Shown: positions 1 through 14,908, counted from the stretch's first letter. The stretch is 64,000 bases of DNA from Octopus vulgaris (GCA_951406725.2 OX597828.1:35278001-35342000); one strand, 5' to 3'. Program-made: numbers and translations. The notes: a model not told the origin generated them from the sequence alone.

Positions 1-69
1 AAACGTTTCCAGCTGAAATTCCTGGCTTTGTGCCTAAGTGTGAAACACTATCGTATCGCAAACCAAATT

Positions 70-106
<37 letters not shown>

Positions 107-854
107 TCCCTATCACACCCTCTCTTATTCATCCAGTCTCTCTTTCTCACTATATTTTCTTTCTTCAAGATTTTCTTGGGAATGTTCTCAGACACACACA
201 CACACACACACACATAACAAAACAGGATGCTGAAAATTTCGTATTATTTATTCAGCATTACAGATGTTTCGTTAGCTAATAGGAATCATAAAGTTGTACA
301 TGCTGGAAAAAACATGTAAGACATTTCCTATCAGAAGTTTTTCAGACAGAGAAACAAATAATAAAATTTTCCCACTTCCTGCTTCGTTATATAAGAATTC
401 TGCAAACGATATTTCTAAAATTCCAACTCTAATATGTACCTCATGTCAATACAACTACATACTGGATTACAAGACTAGAATAAGCGGACATACCTCAAGA
501 GGACACAGCTGGGATATTACCCTAGCTACATAAGGTGTGTGTGTGTGTGTGTGTGTGTTTGTTTGTTCCCCAACAACGCTTGACAACCAGTGTTGATGTG
601 TTAATGTCCCCGTGACATAGCTGTTCGGTAAAAAAAAAACACCAATAGAATAAGAGGCAGGCTCAAACAAATAACTTCTGGAGTCGATTCGTTCGACTAT
701 AATTATTCAAAGTGGTGTTCCAGCATGGCCGCAGTCCTGTGACTGAAACAATTAAAAGATAAAAGACCTAAGATATAATTATATCCACTGTTTTCTCACT
801 TCCATTTCAATTATTTCCATTCAAGTTGTCACAAAACATTCTATTTCATATCGC

Positions 855-957
<103 letters not shown>

Positions 958-2614
958 CTATCTATCTATCTGTCTCGCATTTTCACTCTGAGAAGAACAA
1001 CATTGAATGATTTCAGATAAGATCTAATTAAAATTACCGTATTCAATGGCAGATATTTAAACAAAAATTAATTAAAACTTTAAACATTATGTACGTATGT
1101 ATGCGTGTGAATAAATACGAAAATTATATACGTGAGTAAATACGTGTGTGTGTGTGTGTGTGTATATTCCTACTCAAACGTCAAAATAACTTTAATACAA
1201 GACTTCTTGTCTTGTATAAAAGTTTGATCAATAAAGAATTGAAACGTTGAATAGACTTAAACTGTTTTCAACAGGATTTCAATGAGCAAAAGCTATCTCC
1301 ATTATAACAACCGATAATAAATTACGCGCGTTTTATCATTGTCTTATTTCTTACGGAACTAGTTTTATTTACGATAGAAGTACATCCAATATAAAACATA
1401 CACCACCGAGGTCGACTTTGCTTTTCATCCTTTCGGGGTCGATAAATTAAGTACCAGTTGTGTACTGAGGTCGTCTAAAATTTCGGGTCTTGTGGTTAGA
1501 GTAGAAAAGATTATATTTAGGAATAAAAATGGGTCAGCATAGTTGTTGTTGAGATAATCTGAAACATACTCAGGGGGCAGGTCCCTCTTTTTTTCTCAAC
1601 TTTGACCCAATTTATGTTGCTAATAAAATATCTGGATAATTTTTGGTGTTTAACAATCAATATTCTTTTCTTTCGTCTGTCTTTACGTTCTGAGTTCAAA
1701 TTCCGCCGAGGTCGACTTTGCCTTTCATCCTTTCGAGGTCGATAAATTAAGAACCAGTTGTGTGCTGGGTTCGATCTAATCGACTGGCCTCCTCCCCAAA
1801 AATTTCGGGCCTTGTGCCTAGACTAGAAAAGAATATTCTTTTCTTTGTTGGATTCCAAAACAATTTTCTCCCAATGCTGTTTAAAATGGGGTATAATGAG
1901 TAATGCCTAATTTCAATAATTTCTTCTCTTTAACTGCACAGTGAGTAAATATTTCATAAAGAGGATACTCCAACAGATCGTGAAGAAGATACAGAGAATA
2001 TTTTATGTTGAGTTTTTATGTAGTTAGTCAAGTTTCGTTAATTTCATATCATGTACCATTTTTCCCTGATCCTCTTTCATTTAACCTAGATATTTAAAGA
2101 ATATTTTGTATTTCTCATCTTTCTAATGTCTAGGGATGGATATTGATGTGTATGTGTCTGTTTTCTAAACAACTGAAGCAGCAAATTAACCTTATCGTGG
2201 CTTACTCATTTTGCCCCGGCCAAATTTGCCTTTTATATGCTCAAAGACAACGGCGATAATTTTCTGAAATAGCGATCAGATTATGTTATAATGCCTTCGA
2301 TACATTTAGAGAAGACCATTTGCTTAGCTGATATAGTTTTTGTAAGATAGCAGAATTTGTAAAAGATATATTTTATCTCAAAATCAAAAATGCAGTAAAA
2401 ACACCACATTTTGCCACCACCACCACCACCAAGTGCCAGTCAAGTACTGGGGTCGATGTAATCGACGAGCACCCCTTCCTTAAAATTTCAGTCATTGTAC
2501 CTATAGTAAAAAAGGATTATTTTACGCTCCAGAGATGGTGGACTGGCAGAATGTTTAGGACGTCGGACAAATTGCACTGTGGAATTTCGTCTTTCGGTTC
2601 TGATTTCAAATTCC

Positions 2615-3032
2615 GGATCTTTTTCGGTTTGAACGGCAGTTTTTAACATAATTTCTAGGTAGCTAAAAAATTTTTAACTTCGTATACTGGTAGAATGTGT
2701 TTATAAAACATCTTTTTCTCTTGGCTTTATTGAGAAAATTCTATAGTTTGTAAGATATTTGTTGTTTTTTTCCTTCAATTTCTGCAATTTCAACCAATCA
2801 ATTACGTCTATTGAGGTAAAGAACATTCTGTGCCGTATGAATATGTCCCTCGTTTAAGAAACAGATTGGATTTATTTACATTTGTGAAGAAAAAAAGATA
2901 CCCTTCCCCCCACCCCTAACCCTAACCCTAAAACAGATAGAACTGCAATAGATCGATACTAGGGTCATAATTATGGGTGACAATTTCATATGACAGCGCT
3001 AGAAAAAACTGCCGTTCAAACCGAAAAGATCC
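2615..3032. mobile_element. Non-autonomous DNA transposon (MITE) with GG termini and 8-bp TSD (Merlin- or hAT-like), nested in a SINE
   Basis: TIRs ggatctttttcggtttgaacggcagttttt / aaaaaactgccgttcaaaccgaaaagatcc. Perfect TSD CAAATTCC at 2607-2614 and 3033-3040. Internal (CCCTAA)3 at about 2914-2931. Confidence 0.9.
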
Positions 3033-3354
3033 CAAATTCCGAGGTTGACGTTCCCTTTCATCTTTTCGGGTTCGATACAAGAAATACCAATCGAGCACTG
3101 GCGTCGTCGTAATCGACTACCCTCCTCCTCTCACAATGAAACTATTTTACTCTCCGATTGGAATCCCTTCGGAGTTGAATTTTCCATTTATCCGTCTGGA
3201 ATCGATAAAATAAGTTACCAATGAAATAGTTGAAGGGATCGATAAAAAGGAAATGCATCCCCCGCTCACCAATTTGTAAAATTATGTCCATGCAATCATT
3301 ATTCCATGAAGAGTGCCTCTCCCAATCTTTCCCTCTGTGTCTGTTTGTCTGCCT

Positions 3355-3840
3355 GTCTGTATGTCTGTATGTATGTATGTATGTATGTATGTATGTGTGT
3401 GTGTATGCATGTATGTATGTATGTATGTATGTATGTATGTATGTATGTATGTATGTATGTATGTATGTATGTGCGTGTGTATGTATGTATGTATGCATGT
3501 ATGTATGTATGTATGTATGTATGTATGTATGTATGTATGTATGTGTGTGTGTGTATGTATGTATGTATGTATGTGTGTATGTATGTATTTATGTATGTAT
3601 GTATGTATTTATGTATGTATGTATGTGTGTGTATGTATGTATGTATGTATGTATGTATGTATGTGTGTGTATGTATGTATGTATTTATGTATGTATGTAT
3701 GTATGTATGTATGTGTGTATGTATGCATGTATGTATGTATGTATGTGTGTGTGTACGTACGTATGTATGTATGTATGTATGTATGTATGTATGTATGTAT
3801 GCATGCATGCATGCATGTATGTATGTATATATGTATGTAT
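3355..3840. repeat. (TATG)n microsatellite
   Basis: Direct reading. Confidence 0.98.
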
Positions 3841-4393
3841 CTTTCTCTATAAATTCTGCTATTTGTTCATTTGTTACTTCAGTCCATTTTTAAAACATAA
3901 ACGGAAAAAGAAAATCAACAATTTGTTTTAACCCCATCCCTTTGAGAATTAACAAACAACTAAACAAGACATTATTCACAATCAGTTTCAATCCCTTATA
4001 TTTGTTCAAAGGATTGTATTTATATTTTAAAAAATGTAAAAAAAAAAATAATAAAAAAAAGTTTTTTTAAAAAGGCTAGGCATGCACCCTAACAAAATAC
4101 CAACAGGATATTTATTTAATGCGAGGCTAAAAAGCGTAAAACCCACAATAAAGAAAAAACACAGAAGATAAGAGAGAGAGAGCGGGGATATCCTTTGTGT
4201 TTATTTATAATTTACATGCTTTGTTGCACACAGAAAATAAATTGTGTTTGTGAACACGTGTTTAGACTTCCGGTCTCCCCTTTCCTTTCTATATTTACGA
4301 AAACTGATTGGTTCTAACAGTAATATATCGATTAATTTTTCATAAGCCCACACAAGCATACATATAGATCTTTTACGTATACATATGTGTAAG

Positions 4394-4449
<56 letters not shown>

Positions 4450-5629
4450 TATTATTATATTATATTGTATTATATTATATTATATTACATTATATTATAT
4501 TATATTTATTTAGGGCTCGCGGTCAGTATCTCTTTGGGAAAGGGGGCCATTGCAATATTAACTTACTCCACTTGAAATTGATCCCTGAGTCAACCCTAAT
4601 ATGATTTCGATGCATACATTAAGTAAAAGAATTGATATAAAACTAAAAACCCAAAAAGTGATCTTTATTTCTGGCCCAGCTATCATTGTTAGGTTCGGTG
4701 GCATTTCAATATTTACGTATGTAGTAATATATTCACATCGTGAGTTAAATCTTTTCTTTTTAATCGTATTTCTCTTGAAATACACACTGCATTTGTGGTG
4801 AACTTTCGGCATAGCTATCATTACCCCATGAAGAAGGAAAAGGGCATGGAATTAGGGAACAAAAATGTAAAAAAAAGAAATCCTTTTGGAAGAAAAATCC
4901 CTTTACAATTCCCGTTGCGCAAGAATATTAAGAGAAATGAAGGAAACAACTACTCAATTTTTAGCCATTTTCTTTCTCTATGGAAGTCTACCTCCTTCGT
5001 TCAATTAAATTTGAAAATAATGGAAAATTCTACGGAGGTTAAAATGTGTTAAAATGCTTATTTCTCAACAATGCGGCCCTTAAGTTCATTCCCACTGCGC
5101 GGCACCTTGGGCAAGTGTCTTTAACTATAGCTCTGGGCCGATTCATAGTCTCGTGAGTATATTTGGTAGACAGAAACTGTCCGCCATGTGTGTGTGTGTT
5201 TTATCCAAAATGGAGATGAACACCTTTCCTCCATGTAATTGGTTTGTTAGGATAATAATAATAATTGTGTAGTGCTCAGGTGCACTATAACTCATCTAAA
5301 GTGTATATATAATCAGGTGTAGTTTCGGCGGATTTCGGAAAGCATGAGGGCCTTAAAGGATGCAGTGTCATGGCAGTGATATTAAGATATTTTTCTATTT
5401 TCCTTAATATGCAACCAATGGTAGCCTTAATTCACAAATAAAGAAATTCTATCCATCAATATGGTGTTGTTGAACACTCATTCTCACTATTCGACGTTTA
5501 CATGTGTGCGTGTGTCCACCATCCCTGCGTGTGTCCACCATCCCGTCTTCTTCTTTTACTGGGTACAACAGATTGATATCCCTCAACAATCGCGAATGTT
5601 ACGTTCCAAAAGCCCACGGCGAAGTAGAA

Positions 5630-5804
5630 ACAGTACTGTACTGTATATTTTTTTTATTATGTTTATAATTTGTATGTATTTTATTATAAATACAAAACAA
5701 CAGCACGGAGGAATCGACGTAAGCTTAAATAATAAACCGCAGCCGGTGAACCACGATAGGTGAACCGCGATAGGTGAACCGCGATATGGCGAAATATTAC
5801 TGTA
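5630..5804. mobile_element. Terminus of a pogo/Tigger-like DNA transposon
   Basis: Three subterminal GGTGAACC(A/G)CGATA repeats, ending ...gcgaaatattactg|TA. The other end was not located. Confidence 0.5.
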
Positions 5805-6500
5805 CTTTCTTTTTTTCTTTATGGTAAAATTGTAAACAAAGCTTGACAGTGGAGAAAGAACTCGTTGCTACCTTTTTCTTTTAACAAATTCTTTCTCCAC
5901 CACCAAACTTTCTTTACTATTTATCACAAGAAAAAAAATGTCTATTTAATATCGATCAACGGTTCACAGTAAGTGTTTTGAGGGTTGCAAATTTGATGAG
6001 ACAACATCCGTTGAGATTGACTTGAATTAAGATGTTATTAACAACTCTCAACAAGTGGAAAGTATTTGGGTCTGCCTTAAGCGAGGAGATAAACGGGGTC
6101 GCGGCACAATCCTTCGTCCCTTTTTTTTTACTTTTATCATTTTAGATGTTATGGTGTAATTTAATCTTCTTGGGACACCCAGGCTGATTGACCGACCCAA
6201 ATAATACAAACTGAAAAGACATGGAGGCCAATGGGCCAGTTCGATGAAGCAAATGTTTTGAAGTGTAATAACCAATCAGAAATCGTCTTTCAGTTGATAT
6301 AATTATAAAACCATATAATATATATAGTTTTACATTCTAATAAAGTAGTTTTAGGCACTTTATCCATTGTTTTCTACAAGCACCCATAATTTTCAGTTTC
6401 AACCAAAAAAAAAAACATTTTGGTATTTTTGGCTACACATACCAAAACATTGTGTGTCTTAAAAGGATTAAATAAGATTTCACTGTTATTTCTAGCATGT

Positions 6501-6533
<33 letters not shown>

Positions 6534-6779
6534 CCACGTAAAAGCTTTGTGCGAGCTGATCTCCATGACAATGAAGATCAGCACACACGATATGTCAGCA
6601 ATGGAGGTTTTCCATTGGCTAAGATTACATAACATTAAATGCGTGTAATTTCTAAGATGAAAAAACGAACGAGAGTTTTGTCGTCAGCATGCAAAACTAC
6701 ATCAGTTATTATTACATTGTTTTTTTGAATAATCTGGTGAAAAATTGGAAAACTTCAAGTTGTTAGAAGAAATTTAACA

Positions 6780-7005
6780 AGATCCTATTCTGATTATATA
6801 AGAATTTGTTGCCGAAAAGTTTTTTCGGGGGTTGGCGGGTGGGTGTTGAGTTTTGGATAATTCACACACCTCGAATTTGTTTTCTCATAACTTTCTGAAA
6901 AATGGATATTCTTGAATGAAATTTTCTTTTACAATTACATTTCAGATGGTAAAGATTATATAGTTATGTAGGAATTTGTTGCGGAACGAATAAATAAATA
7001 AACAA

Positions 7006-7101
<96 letters not shown>

Positions 7102-7107
7102 ATAGAC

Positions 7108-7169
<62 letters not shown>

Positions 7170-7175
7170 ATAGAC

Positions 7176-7256
<81 letters not shown>

Positions 7257-7545
7257 GAGCGGAGTGGAGTGGAGTGGAGTGAATATTTCTCGCGTTTTAA
7301 CTTTGTTTCCTCATACAGTTTGATGTGGTGTGTGAATTATCTACTCCTACAAAAAAGAAGAAAAAATCTGAAGCGTGTTTATATGAAATTTCATCTTAAA
7401 AAATATATCCATTTTTCTTTTTCGGAAAGTTTATGAAGAAAACAAAGCCAAGATGTGTGAATTATCCGAAACACTCCCCACCGCCAACAAATTTTTTTTT
7501 CACCTCAAAATTCCGGCGTAATCGTAATCTACACCATCTGATAAG
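6780..7545. repeat. Diverged inverted repeat of about 170 bp flanking a (GATA)n tract
   Basis: 6830-6985 (ttggcgg...ggataattcacac...ttttctcataactttc...aaatggatat) is the reverse complement of about 7385-7545; (GATA)n at 7007-7252. Confidence 0.6.
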
Positions 7546-7554
7546 TATTTATTC

Positions 7555-7759
7555 ATTTACTTGTTTCAGTCATTTGACTGTGGCCATGCTGGAGCACCGC
7601 CTTTAGTCGAGGAAATCGACCCCAGGACTTATTCTTTGTAAGCCTAGTACTTATTCTATCGGTCTCTTGTGCCGAACCGCTAAGTTACAGGGACGTTAAC
7701 ACACCACCATCGGTTGTCAAGCGATGTTGGTGGAGGGGACAAACACAACACACAAACAT

Positions 7760-7802
<43 letters not shown>

Positions 7803-7967
7803 TACGACGGGCTTCTTTCAGTTTCCGTCTACCAAATCCACTCACAAGGCTTTGGTCGGCCCGAGGCTATAGTAGAAGACACTTGCCCAAGGTGCTACGC
7901 AGTGGGACTGAACCAGGAACCATGTGGTTCGTAAGCAAGCTACTAACCACACAGCCACTCCTACGCC
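7555..7967 (-). mobile_element. tRNA-derived SINE family A, full length
   Basis: Head ggcgtaggagtggctgtgtgg...ggttcagtcccactgcg, core accttgggcaagtgtcttctactatag, internal microsatellite, tail gactgaaacaagtaaa. Partial copies at about 545-765, 5075-5190, 17310-17522, 18155-18315, 25400-25605, 26808-26970, 39485-39825, 42275-42400, 42915-43140, 59630-59830, 60830-60940 and 63020-63130. Confidence 0.9.
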
Positions 7968-8280
7968 CTTGTAGAATATTTTTCATTTTAATATACATTC
8001 TTCAGAAAGTTATGAGGACACAAATGTCCAGTGGGGACACATGTTTAGTTATGCCCAAATGCTTTCTAATTTGGGCACAAGGCCAGCAATTTGAGGAGTT
8101 AGTCGATAGTATCGCCCCCGTTTCTTGACCGGCGCTTTCTCCTATTGATCCCTAAAGGACATTAGACATTGTATCAACTGTGGGCAAATTTGAAGAGAGC
8201 ATAATCAATGCGATGGAAATGTTAGGGATATAGGAGAATGTTACGAGTTTATTACAAGGACCATCGGACAAATAAGCAGG

Positions 8281-8638
8281 TACATTATCTACATTCGACA
8301 GATATTTGTCCTCATCTTGTTTGTTGTTAACACAATGTTTCGGCTGATATACTCTCCAGCCTTCTTAAGGTGTCTTGGGGGAAATTTCGAACCTGGGTTC
8401 TCATTCTTAAGGTATTTTTCGATGTTATTGTTCAGGTTACTGCTTGGAATCGAACTCGGAATCTTGGGGTTAGTAATCTGTGCTCTTAACCACTACGTCA
8501 TATGCCCACGGGCATATGGCATAGTTCGATTTCAAGCAGTGACCTGAACTATAACAAAAATAATAATAATAATGATATCGAAAATACCTTGGGAATTAGA
8601 AATTTCCCCAAGACACCCGAAGAAGGCTGGAAGGTATA
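8281..8638. mobile_element. Head-to-head pair of a tRNA-headed, hammerhead-bearing short retroelement
   Basis: The full unit on the minus strand (8507->8281) has an A box (TAGTGG), a B box (GAGTTCGATTCC), a decayed hammerhead (8329-8373) and a tail. An internally deleted mirror copy on + starts at 8510. Confidence 0.8.
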
Positions 8639-9589
8639 GAAATAAGATAGAAGCATATACATATGGACTGGGGGTCAGAAATAGGCAAACACTCAAGCTC
8701 TCACACACATAAAGATGCACATACAAACACACACAGACAGGAGTACATACACACGAATATTCTCACACATGACGCGCAGACACACATAGATTCACATACA
8801 TAGACACAGACACAGATAGATTTGCACATCTATAGACATGAGATATTGTGAAACAACGTGCACACACACATGCACACGCACGCGCACAGACACACACACA
8901 TACATGCATACACACTCTCTTTCTCTCGCTCTCTCTCAAACACACACATGCGCGTATGAACACACACACACATACTCGCTAACTCACAGTGATTGATACC
9001 CATAAACATATACACACACATGATGCATATATATATGGATACAGATATTGCCCCCCCCCCCCTCAACACATACACACACACACAAACTTGGACACATACA
9101 TAAATAAACGTGGACTTACACGCACACACAGTGTGTGTATGTGATACACGTAAACAGACACAGACACAGATGCACAACGCATCTTTTAACACGCTGACGC
9201 ACAGTACACAGATATCGACACAGAGAGAGACAGATAGACAGACAGATAGATAGACAGAAAAGGAGAGAGAGAGAGAGAGAGAGAGAGGTGGAGAAGGAAA
9301 GAACCACCTCGAACATTTCTACACAAAACAACAACGAAAGTAATAACAAGAAGAACAACATTAGCAGCCCCTTATAAGGAAGTTAAGACAAAAAAGCGTC
9401 ACCATACATGTGAAGCTAACACGAAGTGAATTTTAACAGGGATTGCAGTTGACATTATCAAGCAAATTGATGTGTTGGTTAGCATGAGACAGGAAGTCGG
9501 ATCACATAGATCTGTCTTCAGCTGTCAGCAGCTCCTTGTTTCCCCTTCCTCCACCCCTAGTAATTTGGTCGGGACGGTGGTAATGCATA

Positions 9590-9723
9590 GGTGTGTGTGT
9601 GTGTGTGTGTGTGTGCCCTCTTGTCCCGGCAATTTTGTCGGGGTGGGCCACTCAACTGTGTATGTGTGTGTGTGTGTGTACTTGTAGTGTCTCTGCGAGC
9701 TTGAAGGGTGATGGTCCGGATAG

Positions 9724-9776
<53 letters not shown>

Positions 9777-9890
9777 GTGTGTGTGTGTGCCCTCTTGCCC
9801 CGGCAATTTTGTCGGGTGAGCTTTTTGATTATGTGTAAGTGTCTGTCTGAATTTGAAGGGTGGAGGGTCAGGATAGGCGTGTGTGTGTAT
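9590..9890. repeat. Two-copy tandem unit with (TG)n spacers
   Basis: gtgccctcttg.cccggcaattttgtcggg...ttgaagggtg...ggataggcgtgtg occurs twice, about 174 bp apart at the first motif. Confidence 0.8.
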
Positions 9891-9944
9891 CAGAGTTTCT
9901 AATCTTGTCTTTAGTAGTCTCGAAGAATAGCAGTGGTGGTGGGA

Positions 9945-9987
<43 letters not shown>

Positions 9988-10193
9988 TGTGTGTGTGTAT
10001 GTATGTATGTGTGTGTGTGTGTGCGTGTGTGTATGAGAGAGAGAGAGAGAGAAAACATATAAGTGCGTATATGTGTCTACGTTCATTCCGTTATTTTGTA
10101 GAATCTGTGTGTATGAGCCTCTGTGCATGCATGTATGTTTGTACGTATTGTCAACGCATTTTGTTGGAGGAATTGAATAGAAATGTATGCGTG

Positions 10194-10228
<35 letters not shown>

Positions 10229-10380
10229 CTTTGAATCAGACTGCTCCCTTAAAGGTTTAACAACTTGTCCCTTTTATTTCATTGTTATTACATCTTGTGT
10301 TAAGAAACAAGATAGCCGTTTCTTCTATTCACACCTCCCTCTCTCCCCATCTGTCACCGCGTGTAAGTTTATATACATAT

Positions 10381-12026
<1,646 letters not shown>

Positions 12027-13043
12027 ACAGTCTCATCTATTTATCTAGCTAGCTAGCTGTGTGTGTTTTTTTTTATTCTTTTGCTTGTTTCAGTGGCTTG
12101 ACTGCAGCCATGCTGGAGCACCGCCTTATATATTATGATGTCAAACCGGGTAAGGCTTTTACAGAACACCTTCCTCAGTTAATACATTTCAAGAGGTGTG
12201 TGCGCGCGCGCCCATGTGTGTAAACTTTATAGATAGCCCTCAGTATATTATACGCATAAATATATAGGTTGGACAGAATCGACAAGCCTATCCCTCCCCG
12301 GGCATTGTGTATCTCGTACTACATTAGCCACTGTTTTTCTCCTTTTTCAAGACAGCATAGTGTACTGTAAGAAATATTTGGCTGCTATATTTAGCTGATC
12401 TAGTGACCAGGTAGGGTCTCCCTTGTTAACTCACACAATGTCTGGATGTCATTTTGTTTTTTACATATTCCCTTGTCTTCTAATGTGCTGCACAACGAAG
12501 GAACGAGTCTCTATGATTTCAGAAATGCAGTCCTTGATACGCCATGCCTTATCAAAAGACAAGTTGGTCACCGTTGGAACGTCTTTGCTCATAAGTTTGC
12601 TGTTTCAGAGTTGACAGTGTTTTGAACAACCGGTTTCAGTGTTAGGTTTAACTTCATCACGTTTTTTTTTTTTTTTTCCTAAAAGGATCCACAGAGCAGT
12701 GCTGCAAAGATTGGTGATACTGCGATGTGAACTCCCAGTCTTTGCCCCCTACATCGTTGCCGATTCTGAGAGAGAGTGGGGAGTGAAAGGAAGGAGAATG
12801 CCCTCGATATGTAACCAGTACTTTATAGATTCCCAAATAAATGAAAGTCATAGTCGATCTCAATTGGATTTGAACAGAAATAGTAAGGAACTGGAATACC
12901 GAAAACTATTGTACCCAACTCTAACGACCCTGCCAATGTATCGCTCTTTTTCTTCATTTTTTTTCTTTTGCATGGTTTTAGATTAGAAATAACCAAACCT
13001 ACCATGACAGTACAGTTCTATATTCAAGAGATGGGGAATTATG

Positions 13044-13297
13044 TACATTATTTACATTATTTACATTTGACGGATATTTGTCCCCATCTTGTTTGTTGTA
13101 ATCACAACCTTTTGGCTGATATACCCTCCAGCCTTCATCAGGAGTCTTGGGGAAATTTCGAACCTGGGCTCTCATTCCTAAGGTATTTTTCGATGTTATT
13201 ATTATTATGGCGTAGTGGTTTAGAGCACGAGCTACTAACCCCAAGATTCCGAGTTCGATTCCAGGCAGTGACCTGAATAATAATAATAATAATAATG

Positions 13298-13330
<33 letters not shown>

Positions 13331-13477
13331 GCAACATTGAAAAATATCTTAGGAATGAGAACCCAGGTTCGAAATTTCCCCAAGACACCTGATGAAAGCT
13401 GGAGGGTATATCAGCCAAAATGTTGTGTTAACAACAAACAAGATGAGGACAAATATCCGTCAAATGTAAATAATGTA
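13044..13477. mobile_element. Second fold-back copy of the tRNA-headed hammerhead element
   Basis: Plus unit 13208-13477 reads ggcgtagtgg...gagttcgattcc...(AAT)n...acac-CTGATGA-aagctgg..tcagcc-aaaa-tg-tt-gtgt...tail; inverted 3' half at 13044-13207. Confidence 0.82.
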
Positions 13478-13534
13478 CTACCAAGACAGGATGTCCAGGA
13501 ACACCTTAGGCCTTCAAGCAAAGTACTGGAGAGT

Positions 13535-13930
13535 CCCTTACTTCCCAACCAAATAGTTCTGGGTTCAGACCCACTGAGTGACACCTTGAGCAAGTGTCTT
13601 CTACTGTAGCGTCAGGCCGACCCAAGCCTTGTTAGTGGATCTGGTAGAGGGGAAACTGAAAGAAGCCCATCGTATATTTACACACACACACGCATATATA
13701 TATGTATATGTGTGTGTGTCTGTGTTTGTACTCCACTACCACGTGACAACCGATGCTGGTGTGTTTACATCCCAGTAAATTTGTGGTTCAGCAAAAGAGA
13801 CTGATAGAATAAGTACCAGGCTTTAAAAAATAGTAAGTACGGGGGGGGGGCGAGTCATTCGTCTAAAAAGTTTTCAAGGTGGTGCCCCAGCATGGCCGCA
13901 GTCTAATGACTGAAACAAGCAAAAGATAAA
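13535..13930 (+). mobile_element. SINE family A
   Basis: Same core and tail as the 7555 copy. Confidence 0.85.
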
Positions 13931-14676
13931 CGATACATAGTCACAGTGAACCTTGATTACTGACAGAACAACTCGGCCTGTGAGGGTCTCTGTGCTCAAG
14001 CTTTAATGCTAAATTATTCTCAGATAATTTTGGTCCTTATTCCAGGCAGCCAGACTAACTGAAGATTCTACCAAGGATTTGAACTCATAACTTGTGGGCT
14101 GATAAACCTGTACTTTATACATTGCATTCTTTTCTTTTTCTTTTCTTTTTTTTTTTTCATCTACCTCATCACTAATTACATCGATAATTGACTACTTCGA
14201 AATGTGTAAATTACAGCTATGAAACTGTTTTGTAAATTGCAATTAGCAAATTAGTGCTACGTAAGATTTTAGTAAATTACAGCAATTAGTAGTGAATGTC
14301 TATTAAATTATATAATTTTAAAAGCTTATGTAGATTATTGTGTTGCATTTGTGCAGAAAATGCACAAATAAATAAACATTAGTTACATGTTATGAGAGGG
14401 AGGGGGGTCACTGTCACGCCATGTGGCCGTAACCATTAGCAACCAGTAGCAACCAGATGAAACAAATTCATAGTTGTAGCTTTTGAAATAATGAACCACC
14501 ACCACCAACAACAACACAAGGATGTATATGCCTTTAGTACAACACACCGATGCTGTGTAATTGAAGCTGTGGTTCTCAACCTGGGGGTTGCGGGCCCCTG
14601 GTGACCCGCAAAAGTAGTACTAGAGGTCCGTGAACTAAATTCAAAATTTCATACATACATGCATGCATACATATAT

Positions 14677-14908
14677 ATTTCTTTACTGCCCACAAGGGGC
14701 TAAACATAGAGGGGACAAACAAGGACAGGCAAAGGGATTAAGTCGATTACATCGACCCCAGTGCGTAACTGGTACTTTATTTATCGATCCCGAAAGGATG
14801 AAAGGCAAAGTCGACCTCGGCGGAATTTGAACTTAGAACGTAACGGCGAACGAAATACGGCTACACATTTCGTCCGGCGTGCTAACATTTCTGCCAGCTC
14901 ACTGCCTT
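14677..14908 (-). mobile_element. tRNA-derived SINE family B
   Basis: Unit aaggc.g.gagctggcagaa...gagttcaaattccgccgaggtcgactttgcctttcatcctttcggggtcgataaa. Other copies at about 1404-1512, 1670-1832, 2533-3120, 15540-15757, 33550-33690, 39200-39390, 48435-48663, 52615-52810, 59220-59605 (tandem pair) and 60598-60819. Confidence 0.88.

Noticed and set aside
2914-2931. Telomere or chromosome-fusion relic
   Set aside because: Only three CCCTAA units, lying inside a MITE.
5745-5790. CRISPR-like short direct repeats
   Set aside because: The 13-bp repeats are contiguous with no spacers, in a eukaryotic context; better explained as transposon subterminal repeats.
13208-13275. tRNA gene
   Set aside because: A and B boxes are present, but it is the head of a repeated element and the acceptor stem is not convincing. 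The same applies to the other SINE heads.
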